Part shown: piece by piece, positions 19,360 to 29,927 of the stretch
How positions within the stretch are numbered: position 1 is the stretch's first letter
Layout: every line of letters begins with the position of its first letter
Source of the DNA: an uncultured virus (IMG/VR IMGVR_UViG_3300022660_003376)
Taxonomy: Duplodnaviria > Heunggongvirae > Uroviricota > Caudoviricetes
Reading direction: 5' to 3' (one strand)
DNA: 44,041 nucleotides
IMG/VR virus record: IMGVR_UViG_3300022660_003376
The notes under the pieces: generated by a model
What the model saw: the letters and a program-made list of their open reading frames with translations, nothing else
Told to the model about the DNA's origin: nothing
Database searches by the model: none
Position numbers and translations under genes: made by a program

Positions 19360-21498
19360 ATGTATACATATAATGAGTGTAATGACATAATTTTCGGTGG
19401 TGTTGCTCCTAAGCAAGCCGTGATTTCTACTTCAAGAGATAAGTCTACTATACTCAAATACTTAGGTAATGCCTTTGTAAGTTCCGCTATATTCAGGTCG
19501 GGTACGGATTTTCCTTGTGAGTACATATTTGATACAAGTGTACACAAGGGTACAGATTTTATTATGTATGTAAAGACAAAACCTTTTTCAGGTGTAGCTT
19601 TATATGCAACTGCTATGGAGGAGGTACTAAGGGTGCTTTCTTCTTGTAAGTATAAATTAGACACTTTTGAGAAGGAGTTTAACAATAATCATTTTCAGGC
19701 AATACTGCGTAGAGAGGGTTCGTATGATTTAAGTGCGTATGGTGAGGTATTGTCAGGCAGAGAATTTTTACGTGCAGTAATGCCAATAATCAAGGGTATT
19801 CTTGATGGTGATTTTGACGGTGCTTTTGTTGCAAGTAAGAATATGTCGAGTGGGAAGAAAAAGACTTTCGTGGAAAGGGTTGCTGAGTGTCGCAAGCGAT
19901 TAACTAGCAAGACCAAGATAGAAGTTGAGCGTGATGTGTTTGAGACAATGTTTGATGAAGCTTTAAATACGAGTGTAGCACGTGATTTTCACCGTTGGGT
20001 ATCTTCTATCGAGAATTTGATAAGGAATAAATTGAGCAGTAGTTGGGATTTAGTATTGAATAAACCTTGTGCATATTCTATACTTGAGACTGAGAGTGTA
20101 CTTTCGCTCATATTTAATCCGTGTAATGCTTTTGGTTTTATAATAGACAAGGTAGTAGTGGCTATGAGACCGAGAGATGAGTTTATTGAGTGCTATCTAG
20201 CTGAGAATAAGAGTGTACCTTTTGAGGAGCAGTCAATACATTTACATTTCAGTGATATTTTAAGCACAACAAATGATGCTTTAACGCAGAGGGAAGTTAT
20301 GAATATGATGGATTCTGCAATATCGAGGGGTGCAGACTCTATACTATTCTTGTTAGGTTTAGATTCCTCTAGTCGAAGTTTATCTCGTGTATGCACATAT
20401 ATCGAAGCAGAGACTAAGTCATTGAGGAATAGGAGACTAAGTATTCCTGTGTCTGTTTTATTTACTGAATTGGAGACTCGTGTACATAATGATTTAGCTA
20501 GGAAAAATTCCGCACTGGTAATGGATACTGATACATATATAATATTCGCTAAAGGGGTATCTATGGAGATTGAGGATGAGATAAAAGGCTATTGTGGTAT
20601 TCTGAGGGAAACTTTCTTATCAGATTATGTTGCAACACGCTTTACGGCTAAAAACCCTATACTTGAAGACAATGTTGATGTACCTCAGTATTTCAAGGAT
20701 AAACATAAGCCTGATGTATTCTTTAAGCTTATATTGACAATAAATCAGGGTGTTAAGCTTAATATGGCATCTAAATTACCGACAAAGACGTTTAAACTGC
20801 CTGTTCTTGATGAGGGTATTCCAGCTTTGACTGTGGGTATGGAAACTGATACTATGAAAGAAATGTTAGGTGCTATACAGAAGGGTTTAGCGTCTGATGA
20901 TGCAACAAGCGTATATCTTTTATGCAACAAGAGACTGCATTGTTCTGATATTGCAACTTATTTAAGACAGTTATCCTTAGGTTTAGGTTCGATGGGTATA
21001 AAAATGAGTGGCTTAATAAGACATGCATTTGCTCATCATTTTTCTAGTACAGCGAGTTTATTCAACAAGGATAATATACATATAAACTATGATAACTTAG
21101 GTGTAGACGGTTTAGATTGCTTATATTCTGAGGTATTGGCTTCTGCGGAACATGGTGTTGATATTGAGGGGTTATCGATTGAGTCTAAGTGCAGTCAATT
21201 AACTGAGTATTATTTAAATGCTTTATTCAATAATTGTACACTGTATAACAAGTTATTAAGCAGGGTAGCTTACAATTTAACCTATAAGTCTGATGTGGTT
21301 CAGACATTAATAGGTGATGTTTTGTCTGAGTCTAAAGGATTTAATTATATAATACATTCTTTACAAAGCGGATTTAAGGATATATTCTCAAGCGAGGATT
21401 TCTGCAGGGTATTTTTCGACAGTGTGTCTGAGATACTTACTAAGGAGATTAACAGAAATGTACTCACGCACAAAACATTAAATTTAAACAAGGTGTAA
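19360..21498 (+). CDS. large hypothetical protein
   Basis: ~712-aa ORF; GGAGG 19347-19351 favours ATG 19360; no motif recognised. Confidence 0.75.
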   Translation: MYTYNECNDIIFGGVAPKQAVISTSRDKSTILKYLGNAFVSSAIFRSGTDFPCEYIFDTSVHKGTDFIMYVKTKPFSGVALYATAMEEVLRVLSSCKYKLDTFEKEFNNNHFQAILRREGSYDLSAYGEVLSGREFLRAVMPIIKGILDGDFDGAFVASKNMSSGKKKTFVERVAECRKRLTSKTKIEVERDVFETMFDEALNTSVARDFHRWVSSIENLIRNKLSSSWDLVLNKPCAYSILETESVLSLIFNPCNAFGFIIDKVVVAMRPRDEFIECYLAENKSVPFEEQSIHLHFSDILSTTNDALTQREVMNMMDSAISRGADSILFLLGLDSSSRSLSRVCTYIEAETKSLRNRRLSIPVSVLFTELETRVHNDLARKNSALVMDTDTYIIFAKGVSMEIEDEIKGYCGILRETFLSDYVATRFTAKNPILEDNVDVPQYFKDKHKPDVFFKLILTINQGVKLNMASKLPTKTFKLPVLDEGIPALTVGMETDTMKEMLGAIQKGLASDDATSVYLLCNKRLHCSDIATYLRQLSLGLGSMGIKMSGLIRHAFAHHFSSTASLFNKDNIHINYDNLGVDGLDCLYSEVLASAEHGVDIEGLSIESKCSQLTEYYLNALFNNCTLYNKLLSRVAYNLTYKSDVVQTLIGDVLSESKGFNYIIHSLQSGFKDIFSSEDFCRVFFDSVSEILTKEINRNVLTHKTLNLNKV

Positions 21499-21518
21499 TT
21501 ATCACGGAGGTGAGGGGT

Positions 21519-21920
21519 ATGTCCTTACGAGCAAGATATGATAAGTTACTGGCTTCAGCGGTTGCTAGGCTAGTAACTACCACAGGTAAAACAGTAGGCA
21601 TGAGGTTGAAGTTATACGATATTGATGAAGACAAGTTTTTATACTTTGATTTCTCAATATCAATAATCAAGGATGAAGCGATAAGAAGCTTTCTAAAAAG
21701 CAATTTAGACAGCTTCGAGACACTTCCTTTATGCAAGGAAGTCACCAGACAGGTACAAAAGGATGGAGTTCCGACTATTGAGGTTTACAGTTTAACTCAG
21801 GAGGAGTATGATAAAGGCTTAATAGTATCGGAATTTGAGAATGAGTCAGAAGCACGAGGGTATCTTCTTTACATGATGGAGATATTCAAATGGAAGTCAG
21901 CAAGTCCATTAGAATATTAG
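21519..21920 (+). CDS. hypothetical protein
   Basis: ORF with GGAGGTGAGG RBS before ATG 21519. Confidence 0.7.
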   Translation: MSLRARYDKLLASAVARLVTTTGKTVGMRLKLYDIDEDKFLYFDFSISIIKDEAIRSFLKSNLDSFETLPLCKEVTRQVQKDGVPTIEVYSLTQEEYDKGLIVSEFENESEARGYLLYMMEIFKWKSASPLEY

Positions 21921-21938
21921 TTGGAGGTGAAAAATAGT

Positions 21939-24869
21939 ATGTTTACGCTTGTTGGTGTAAAAGAGGTAAATTCGGAGAAGGTGTATATAATACACGATGA
22001 TACAGACAGTTCATTCGAGGTAGCTAGTGAGGAAATGCTTAAGCGAGTTATAGTGATGGGGTTATCTATTCAAGGTATAACTCGTACTGCCACTGGTTTT
22101 GACGGGAGTTTTACATATTCATCTGAGTATTTCTTACCCGAACCAGAGGAGGATGAAGACGATTATGAAGATTCCGAGGATGATTACGATGATGATTGGT
22201 CTGATGATGACTCTGAGGATTTAGACGAAACTCCTGTTAGTGAGGATACTTCTGAACTTGAGGAAGATACAGATGATGACTGGGAAGACGATTACGATGA
22301 TTGGGATGAGTCTGAGGCTGAGGACGAAGATGATGACGATGACTGGGGAGACGAGTATGATGACTGGGATGATTCGCCAGAAGACTCTGAAATAGATAAG
22401 TTATATGCAATGCTCAATAAGGAGCAGAGTGACCTTTTAAAGAGATATTATTTATGGACATCACAGATATTATTCCAGAATGGTAGCACAGTCCACGGGG
22501 TACAAAGACTAAGTGCTAAGAATACAAAGAGAGCACAGGATAAGATTGCAAATATAGATGCTTTGAGAAAGCAGGGCAAGACGTGGGTATATGCAGGGTA
22601 TCTTGATTTAGGGTATCGTGGTGCTGATACTTGTAATCTTTGTGGTTCACCGTTGAGATATCAGCATTACATTTGTGATGCAAGCGTATCAGATGTAGAA
22701 ACTATGTTCTTTGGCGAAGACTATAGTAATATTGATATGGTTAAGTTATCTGACCATATAGCGAATGGTGATGTATTCCCATTTGGTATAGAATGTACAG
22801 GAGACTTTTTCGATATACCTAAGGAAGACCTTATTGCTATTAAGAAAAACCAAAGAGACGCTACAGAAGAAATGAAGTTCATGTATCGCTTAATGTGTAT
22901 GCCAGACTCATATAATAACGCCATTAAAAGCTTAAGGGTATTTGAGAATATAATGGATACTGTGGTGGTTTCGGCAATGCGTTCCAAGTTGTTTGCCCGT
23001 GTAAGTCGTTTTGAAAGTCCATTGTTGTCTTTCTATTCTCAGTTTAAGAATGCTGGATTGCTATATCCAAGGTCTTTGGTATTGAGACTGTGGCATATCT
23101 TTATAGAAAAGCAGTATCCTCTTAGGGTGACAAAATTTGTTCCGCAACTTAGCAGAAAAACGTTGTCTGAGTTAGCTAATATCTATTTAGCTTCTTATTA
23201 CAAGAGGGAAGCACCAGAAGACGTTAAAATAGTGCAGGAGGTGCTGGAGGAGTCTAGTTTAGGCTCACTAACTACGTCACCGCTAAATTACTTGCACAAT
23301 TTATTTTCATGTCAATTTCAAGGTATTTATACGTTTAATCCGACACCGCAGAAGAATATATCGGGCGTTATAGATTCACCTAGATGTCGTGATTTAGGTG
23401 GTTCAAACAAACAATCAAGGATTACTTTTGGCAAAATAACAGGGGTATCGGGTAATGCTTCACTACCTAAGCCAAACTACGAAGGGTATCCAATGTCGTT
23501 AAACGAGCCTAATGTTAATGGAATTGTACTTTCAGACGGTTGTGAGTTTACACAGGAATATTTATTCAAGCTATGTTTATGTTGTTACTATTATTCTGAG
23601 CGTAGTTCTCATAGTATATCGAGATTCGAGTTTAATGCAAAGATAAGGGGTTTTGTATACGACTATGAGCGTGGTGATGGTTATAAGAAACGTGCTGATA
23701 CATATATGTCTGCATACGATTTGAGACCATATTTAAAACAGGCTAAGTCAGAACTTAAGGCAAGAGTAGGTGTTGATGAGAAGGATTTATCTCTCAATTC
23801 TACAACTACTGTATACATTGCTAAGGGTGTTACTAAAGCTTATCGTAAATATATGGACACTTTAGACGACTTATTAGAGGTATTGAGAAGCGATTCTGCA
23901 GTAATTAAGAAAATGTACAAGTGTCTTGAGGATACAATTGATGAAGCTATTGAAAAGGAAATTCGGATACAGAATGAACTGTTAGATAAAATAAAAGAGG
24001 AGAAGCAGAAGGTTAATGAAGCTGAGGTAGCTAAACAGGAAGAGTTATATAAGAAGCTTGTAGACCAAAGTGATAAGCAAGCTATGGGTATCAATATTGA
24101 TGATATAAACTATACTGGGTTATCTCAGACAGACATAGATAACTTCAAATTAGCTTTACACATCAAGAAAGGCATCAAGAAGGGTGTAATACAGAATGAA
24201 ATGCTTGTGTCTGTTATGGCTGTTGCATCTGAGAATAAGCTTATGCACGATGTTATAGCATCAAAAGGTGACATATACTTCTCTATATATGAGACAGTTA
24301 AGAGAAACAAGGGTGCTGTTTCCGTAAAGCAGGCATATCGTTTAAAGCAGGCGTTGGATGCAGTTGTTGAGATTATACAATTCGGTGCTAAAGACGATAT
24401 TAAAAATCCTAACTTAAAGGCTAACACGTCAAGTGTTGATGCTTCAAATAACGATTCTGTGGATTCTGCGACTGATACCACTAAGAATGGTGCAACTGTA
24501 GTGTCAGTTCCATTACCAAGCGAGGAAGAAGTTGAGGAACAACCCATAGAAGCTACAGAGACTGTTGAGGAGTCAACGGTAGGTCAGGAGTCAATTGAAG
24601 AACAGCCTGTAGTAAACGAAGAACCAATTGGGGTATCTGCTGAAGCACATGAGTCATCAAGTAATACGACTACAGTTGATATTTATTCAAGCCCTGAATT
24701 GAGAGACTTATTTAACAAGGCTGTTGATGGGTTATCTGTTCTTAAAGCTAAGGTATCTGTAAGGGATTACACTCGTTATGGCATGACTTTAAGGGCGATA
24801 AAGTCTAGCTTGAAAGTAACTCTAAGACAGCGTGAAACATTGCTTGAGATTGAGAAAATCTTAAATTGA
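21939..24869 (+). CDS. large multidomain protein (N-terminal module, acidic tract, Zn finger, coiled coil)
   Basis: GGAGGTG RBS before ATG 21939; D/E-W tract; CNLCG...HYIC...GIEC motif; coiled coil ~aa670-720. Confidence 0.8.
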   Translation: MFTLVGVKEVNSEKVYIIHDDTDSSFEVASEEMLKRVIVMGLSIQGITRTATGFDGSFTYSSEYFLPEPEEDEDDYEDSEDDYDDDWSDDDSEDLDETPVSEDTSELEEDTDDDWEDDYDDWDESEAEDEDDDDDWGDEYDDWDDSPEDSEIDKLYAMLNKEQSDLLKRYYLWTSQILFQNGSTVHGVQRLSAKNTKRAQDKIANIDALRKQGKTWVYAGYLDLGYRGADTCNLCGSPLRYQHYICDASVSDVETMFFGEDYSNIDMVKLSDHIANGDVFPFGIECTGDFFDIPKEDLIAIKKNQRDATEEMKFMYRLMCMPDSYNNAIKSLRVFENIMDTVVVSAMRSKLFARVSRFESPLLSFYSQFKNAGLLYPRSLVLRLWHIFIEKQYPLRVTKFVPQLSRKTLSELANIYLASYYKREAPEDVKIVQEVLEESSLGSLTTSPLNYLHNLFSCQFQGIYTFNPTPQKNISGVIDSPRCRDLGGSNKQSRITFGKITGVSGNASLPKPNYEGYPMSLNEPNVNGIVLSDGCEFTQEYLFKLCLCCYYYSERSSHSISRFEFNAKIRGFVYDYERGDGYKKRADTYMSAYDLRPYLKQAKSELKARVGVDEKDLSLNSTTTVYIAKGVTKAYRKYMDTLDDLLEVLRSDSAVIKKMYKCLEDTIDEAIEKEIRIQNELLDKIKEEKQKVNEAEVAKQEELYKKLVDQSDKQAMGINIDDINYTGLSQTDIDNFKLALHIKKGIKKGVIQNEMLVSVMAVASENKLMHDVIASKGDIYFSIYETVKRNKGAVSVKQAYRLKQALDAVVEIIQFGAKDDIKNPNLKANTSSVDASNNDSVDSATDTTKNGATVVSVPLPSEEEVEEQPIEATETVEESTVGQESIEEQPVVNEEPIGVSAEAHESSSNTTTVDIYSSPELRDLFNKAVDGLSVLKAKVSVRDYTRYGMTLRAIKSSLKVTLRQRETLLEIEKILN

Positions 24870-24936
24870 TGTGTTCCTTTAAATGTTTGATATTCAAATA
24901 AATTATAAAATAAAGACGGTATAGGAGGTAAATAAT

Positions 24937-25593
24937 ATGCCAAATTTTAATGAAGAAGCGAAGAGAGCACAGCAGTTACCAGCGAGTTTGCAGTTTGCAA
25001 TCGTAACACTTGCAGGCAACATCATGAACGGGGCATTCTGGGGCTTCACGTCATATGAAGAAGCTAAGAAGTACTCCGAAGTTCTGAAAGCTGATAGCAA
25101 CATAGTCGTAAGACGCATTGGCAAGGATGATGCAGTTCTTGTTGAGGTGAACCCAGATTATCTGCTTAAGGCGGTAGCTGTATCTGCACCTAATTTGCTT
25201 GACGCATCAGATGTTAAGGAAATGAAAGAGGGTATAGCAACAGCCATTGCTCAGATGGAGAAATTCCTTATGAGTAAGGCAGATAAAAATTATAAGGGTT
25301 ACATAGGTGTATATTGTATCAATGATACACCAACAATAACATATAAGGGTACTGCATATCCTGCATTTCGTATAAATATTCAGGGTGCTTTGAAAGCATT
25401 AGCAAACTGGGGTTACTGCGTAAATGTAAATAATACTTTCGTTACACCGCAACAAGCATCTCAGAATGCAAGTGCTTTGTTTACTAGTATGACTATGAGT
25501 CCAACAGCAACGGGTATCTTCTTGCAAGTGCAGAGTACGTTAAATACAGAGCAGTTAAATGCTTTAAAGGCACAGCGTGGTTTTAAGAAGTAA
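24937..25593 (+). CDS. hypothetical protein
   Basis: 218 aa, strong RBS AGGAGGT, own terminator. Confidence 0.8.
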   Translation: MPNFNEEAKRAQQLPASLQFAIVTLAGNIMNGAFWGFTSYEEAKKYSEVLKADSNIVVRRIGKDDAVLVEVNPDYLLKAVAVSAPNLLDASDVKEMKEGIATAIAQMEKFLMSKADKNYKGYIGVYCINDTPTITYKGTAYPAFRINIQGALKALANWGYCVNVNNTFVTPQQASQNASALFTSMTMSPTATGIFLQVQSTLNTEQLNALKAQRGFKK

Positions 25594-25599
25594 TCACTT

Positions 25600-25637
25600 A
25601 GAAGGGTCTGATAACATATCAGACCTTTTCTTATTTA
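25600..25637 (+). terminator. intrinsic terminator
   Basis: AGAAGGGTCTGATA/TATCAGACCTTTTCT stem plus T tract. Confidence 0.7.
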
Positions 25638-25659
25638 ATAGAATATTGGAGAGTAGTTT

Positions 25660-25983
25660 ATGTTCTATGATAATCTTAAAAGAATATGCAAGGAGAACGG
25701 TGTAGGTATTACTAAGTTAGTTGAGACGTCTGGTGTAAGCACGGGTAACATATCAAATTGGAAGAGTGGTAAGTATCCTAACTCTGAGGTTGTTATTATA
25801 CTTGCCAAGGCACTCAACTGTTCGACTGATGCGTTACTTCTAGGCGAAGACAGGAAGATTACGAAGTTAAGTGATGAGGAATTAAAACTATTAGCTTTGT
25901 ATAAATGCCTTAGTCCTGAAGAGCAAAGCGTTTTATACGATAAAGCATTAGACTTGTTTAAATCAAACTACAATTTGGGTTAA
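25660..25983 (+). CDS. XRE/Cro-CI family HTH regulator
   Basis: LKRICKENG..ITKLVETSGVSTGNISNWKSGKYP...LAKALNCSTDALL; typical LSDEELKLL tail. Confidence 0.9.
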   Translation: MFYDNLKRICKENGVGITKLVETSGVSTGNISNWKSGKYPNSEVVIILAKALNCSTDALLLGEDRKITKLSDEELKLLALYKCLSPEEQSVLYDKALDLFKSNYNLG

Positions 25984-26048
25984 ATTTATAAGTTTGCTTG
26001 TAAGCCTGTTTATATAAAATATACAATAATATGCTAGGAGGTATGAAC

Positions 26049-26447
26049 ATGGTTCTGATAGCATGTACTGACAATAAGGGTACAATGCGGTTTAATAAAA
26101 GAAGAGTTTCACAGGACTCAGTTATTATAGATGATATCTTAGATATATCTGGAAATTGGTTAAAAGTATTTCCGTATTCATATGAGTTATTCAGTTCAGT
26201 AGAACAGGTTTCTATAGTTCAGTCTTACGACTCATTGAGTGCAGGCGATATATTTTTCGCAGAGCAGTCAGGTTTAGAGGTACTTAGAGATAAAGTACGT
26301 ACATTAGTTATTTACGATTGGGGAGTAACATATCCGAAGGGTGAAGTATTTGATTTTGCTTTGACTGATTTTGCATTGGTTGAGGAAAAGAAAATAAAGG
26401 GTAGTTCTCATGAAGAAGTAATAAGGAGGACATATCGTCATGTATAA
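26049..26447 (+). CDS. conserved hypothetical protein, possibly DHFR-like fold
   Basis: MVLIACTDNKGTMRFNKRRVSQD ... KGSSHEEV, a pattern recalled from a Clostridia family usually found next to a non-specific nuclease; GGAGG favours ATG 26049. Confidence 0.55.
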   Translation: MVLIACTDNKGTMRFNKRRVSQDSVIIDDILDISGNWLKVFPYSYELFSSVEQVSIVQSYDSLSAGDIFFAEQSGLEVLRDKVRTLVIYDWGVTYPKGEVFDFALTDFALVEEKKIKGSSHEEVIRRTYRHV

Positions 26448-27531
26448 GAAAATAATAAGTTTAGTTTCAGCAATAGTTTTAAGTAGTTTGTTCACAGCAT
26501 GTGATACAGAAGATGTTGAGTTATCGGGTAGTTTAGGAGAGTCAACGTCAATAACTACATCAGTAGAGGGTACTAGTTCAGAAAGCGATTCTGTAGGTGA
26601 GGCTACAGAGACAAGCATTACTACAATCACAGAAGTTACAGAGACGGTGGTATCAAATGAGTTTGATACGTCATCGTTAAACTATATTGATTTTGATTTC
26701 AGTTCGATACCTGAATTTAGCAATGAGCCATTTTACATAGTAAATGATAATATACCATTCTTTTCAGTTTCGGAAGAGTTAGAGTCATATGAGTACTATT
26801 CAGAGTTAGACTCTTTGGGCAGATGCGGTATTGCACACGCTTGTATCGGCAAAGACATTATGCCAACTGAGGAACGTGGTAGTATTGGTAGCGTAAAGCC
26901 TACAGGATGGCATTCTGTAAAATACGACTCTGTAGACGGCAAGTACTTATATAATAGATGTCACCTAATTGGGTATCAATTATCTGGCGAAAATGCAAAT
27001 ACGCAGAATTTAATCACAGGTACAAGGTACATGAATGTAGACGGAATGCTTCCATTTGAGAATATGGTTGCAGACTACGTAAAGGAAACGGATAATCATG
27101 TACTTTACAGGGTAACACCGTACTTTGAGGGTGAGGACTTACTCAGTAGGGGTGTACTTATTGAGGGTAAGTCATTAGAAGATGACGGAGCAGGCATACT
27201 TTTTAATGTATATGTATACAATGCACAGCCAGACATAGAAATCAATTATGCAACTGGCGAGAGTTTTGCATTTGAACCTAAGTCAGACATTACAACAGAG
27301 CCTACTGTAATCGAAACAGAACCAGAAATAATCGAGACTGAACCACCTGTGGTAATTCCCGAAGTGGTTACAAGAGATTATATTTACAACACGAATACAG
27401 GCAAGATACACAAACCAAGCTGTAGTTCTGTGAAACAGATGAATGAAGAAAACAAAGGGTATCATACTGGCACAATAGACGAATTGGAACAGCAGGGCTA
27501 TGTGCCTTGTAAGAAATGCAATCCATTTTAA
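26440..27531 (+). CDS. lipoprotein DNA/RNA non-specific endonuclease with C-terminal Ada-like metal-binding domain
   Basis: Lipobox FTAC; LDSLGRC; beta-beta-alpha-metal motif YNRCHLIG, NLITGTRYMN; C-terminal NTNTGKIHKPSC...PCKKCNP. Confidence 0.88.
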   Translation: MYKKIISLVSAIVLSSLFTACDTEDVELSGSLGESTSITTSVEGTSSESDSVGEATETSITTITEVTETVVSNEFDTSSLNYIDFDFSSIPEFSNEPFYIVNDNIPFFSVSEELESYEYYSELDSLGRCGIAHACIGKDIMPTEERGSIGSVKPTGWHSVKYDSVDGKYLYNRCHLIGYQLSGENANTQNLITGTRYMNVDGMLPFENMVADYVKETDNHVLYRVTPYFEGEDLLSRGVLIEGKSLEDDGAGILFNVYVYNAQPDIEINYATGESFAFEPKSDITTEPTVIETEPEIIETEPPVVIPEVVTRDYIYNTNTGKIHKPSCSSVKQMNEENKGYHTGTIDELEQQGYVPCKKCNPF

Positions 27532-27544
27532 CGGAGGTAATTTT

Positions 27545-28030
27545 ATGCTTGAGAAATTTATATTTTCGCCTAGTATGCTAAAGGAAGCAACAGCATGCGT
27601 AGGGATTAATGGTCAGTTCACTGAGTTTGATTTAGGCTCTGAGTGCTTATTTAACGATGCTATTATTAAGTCATTAGAAGACTTAAAGGAGTCATTAAAC
27701 GAGGGCACTTATTTCAGAATTGGAAATTCCCATGCAGAGAGATTTATTTTTAGGAAAGATGCTTGCACAGTAGTCAAGGGTACGGCGGACTTCGAATGCA
27801 GTGGTATCAAGCAGACAGCTAAGGTAAAACTTGCTATTCCTTATGTACGTGAAGAGATTGTAGTACAGAAGTTAAGTGAACTAAAGCGTAGATACAACGA
27901 TAAGGATAGTCTTGAGGTGGAATTGGGTTTGTTATCCTGTGATATATCGGGCATAGAACTAAAAGTAGGAGATGTAGACTCTTATAACGCTTTGCTTAAG
28001 GCTGTTGGGGCTGATTTTAGACCTTTCTAG
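27545..28030 (+). CDS. hypothetical protein
   Basis: GGAGGT RBS before ATG 27545. Confidence 0.7.
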   Translation: MLEKFIFSPSMLKEATACVGINGQFTEFDLGSECLFNDAIIKSLEDLKESLNEGTYFRIGNSHAERFIFRKDACTVVKGTADFECSGIKQTAKVKLAIPYVREEIVVQKLSELKRRYNDKDSLEVELGLLSCDISGIELKVGDVDSYNALLKAVGADFRPF

Positions 28031-28097
28031 TTTTGGAGAGGTTTTGCGGTTAATGGGTTCTATAGTTGGTTGCTTAAAATTTTAGGAAGGTGATATT

Positions 28098-28427
28098 ATG
28101 ACACTTACATTTTCATTTGATGTTGATGCATATATAGAAGATTTTATAGAGAGTTCAGATGATGAGTTCAATGGCTATGAGATAGAAAAAGCCAACGAAG
28201 GATACTATTTTGATGGCGAGTCTATTGCTCTTTCAAGGGAAGACTTATTTAAGACGCTTTATGCTTTGCTTGCTTATCAGGATATAGTATCGGAAAACCA
28301 ACGAATACTGGACACAGGGTATGCTTCGATAGACTCCGATATCCGTAGTGCTATATCTGAGAGAGACAGTTCAATACCGTTTTCGACTTGGCTCAGAACG
28401 GAAATTTACCCGATATTGAGGAGATAA
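28098..28427 (+). CDS. hypothetical acidic protein
   Basis: ORF with AAGGTG RBS, closely coupled to the next gene. Confidence 0.7.
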   Translation: MTLTFSFDVDAYIEDFIESSDDEFNGYEIEKANEGYYFDGESIALSREDLFKTLYALLAYQDIVSENQRILDTGYASIDSDIRSAISERDSSIPFSTWLRTEIYPILRR

Positions 28428-28428
28428 T

Positions 28429-29001
28429 ATGACGCTTGAAGAATATGTTTTAACCTATAAGGATTCTGATGGAAATATAGTAATTAATATCGCTGATTAC
28501 TTTGAGAGGTTTATCAAGCCGTTAGACAAGAAATTTGAAAATAGTTCGTTTCACACTCACAGAACAGTAATATGTTGCTTTAGAGACCACGATGATAACG
28601 ACCCATCTTTAGGTACGATTAATCATAGACATCTAAAAGGCGTTAAGGTATATCACTGTTTTGGTTGTGGCAAGTCTGGCACAGTAATAAGACTACATCA
28701 GCGTATCCAACAGGAGTATCATAATAGGAAGTTAAGTGATACGGAGTCTGCTCTGGAATTGTGTGACTTATTTGGGGTAGATGCCTCGAAGTATCGAAGT
28801 ATAGCTAACAAGAGTGAAAAATCGGGGTACTTGGAGCGTAGTCGCAAGGCTGATTTATTTGTATATGCATACGCTTTACCTGAGTTTAAGGATGAACTAC
28901 AGACTGCAAGAACAGCTAAAGTAATGCTTATGGAACGTGCTAAGATGATAAACTCTGCGATAGTAAAAATGACAGCAACATCTAAGAAGTTGTATGATTA
29001 A
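28429..29001 (+). CDS. stand-alone CHC2 (DnaG primase-type) zinc-finger protein
   Basis: CCFRDHDDNDPSL...YHCFGCGKSG, followed by helix SALELC; no TOPRIM domain. Confidence 0.8.
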   Translation: MTLEEYVLTYKDSDGNIVINIADYFERFIKPLDKKFENSSFHTHRTVICCFRDHDDNDPSLGTINHRHLKGVKVYHCFGCGKSGTVIRLHQRIQQEYHNRKLSDTESALELCDLFGVDASKYRSIANKSEKSGYLERSRKADLFVYAYALPEFKDELQTARTAKVMLMERAKMINSAIVKMTATSKKLYD

Positions 29002-29015
29002 TAAGGTGTGTTATT

Positions 29016-29924
29016 ATGGAGCATTATTTCGTATATTTCAATAGCAGTAGTGGTACTGACGGGCATGTAGTAAGTGGCTGTGTCCCAGGGGGTAATTGGG
29101 TGATACCTGTGGATTTTAGTGTGGATAATAATTTAATGCTCACATGGGCACAAGATAAACAAAGACAGTATATAGAGGGGTTATTATCTTTAGAAACAGA
29201 CTATAAAGGCTTATTACAGTATGTTATGAGGGCTAAGTTATGTGGTTTACCTGTAGAATATGTTACTTTGGTATATGACGATAGACCTATAAATATATTG
29301 GATTTTAGTTACGATGATTTATTTAAGGAAACTATATTAGTTAGTGGTAGTGAACTGTACGATGAGACTGATATAGAAGATATAATCATAAAGAGGTTTA
29401 GGCGTGATGTAGAGTTAGACCGAAGGAATAGGGTTTATTCTTACTGGTATAATTTCGAGAAGAAGCATTGGTTAATTATTTCTAAGATAGACGATAAACT
29501 GTATATACAAATCGAGAAATACGGGGTATCTGAGCCATACGAGTATTGTATAGATAGCGTATCACGTATTACTGGCGTAACACTAGACAGCATCAGTTCC
29601 GAAACAGGTATAGATTTTAAAGAAGATAAGTTCTTCAGGGTATCAATATATTTCTTCATAGCAATGCAAGTATATATCAAAGACCCAAGTAAACTAAAGT
29701 ATTTGAGTGATGATATTATCAATCACGAGGCTTCATCTAAGACTGATTTAGATATGAGTAAGTTTAGCGTTTTGGGTGAGTTGGTATTAAATGCAGGGTT
29801 ACTTCAGTGGTGCGTTGACTGTGAAATACCCTCTGATTTACAGTTGGGTGTATCGAGTGGCAGTTGGAAAGACCCAAAGACACAAGAAAACGTGTTAAAT
29901 TTATTAAACAATAAGGAGATATAA
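29016..29924 (+). CDS. hypothetical protein
   Basis: 302-aa ORF in a tight operon. Confidence 0.75.
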   Translation: MEHYFVYFNSSSGTDGHVVSGCVPGGNWVIPVDFSVDNNLMLTWAQDKQRQYIEGLLSLETDYKGLLQYVMRAKLCGLPVEYVTLVYDDRPINILDFSYDDLFKETILVSGSELYDETDIEDIIIKRFRRDVELDRRNRVYSYWYNFEKKHWLIISKIDDKLYIQIEKYGVSEPYEYCIDSVSRITGVTLDSISSETGIDFKEDKFFRVSIYFFIAMQVYIKDPSKLKYLSDDIINHEASSKTDLDMSKFSVLGELVLNAGLLQWCVDCEIPSDLQLGVSSGSWKDPKTQENVLNLLNNKEI

Positions 29925-29927
29925 CAA

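Noticed and set aside
26049..26447. Calling this a true dihydrofolate reductase (trimethoprim resistance) or RNase Z
   Set aside because: Lacks the DHFR IG...LPW and MGRKT motifs and the HxHxDH metallo-beta-lactamase motif
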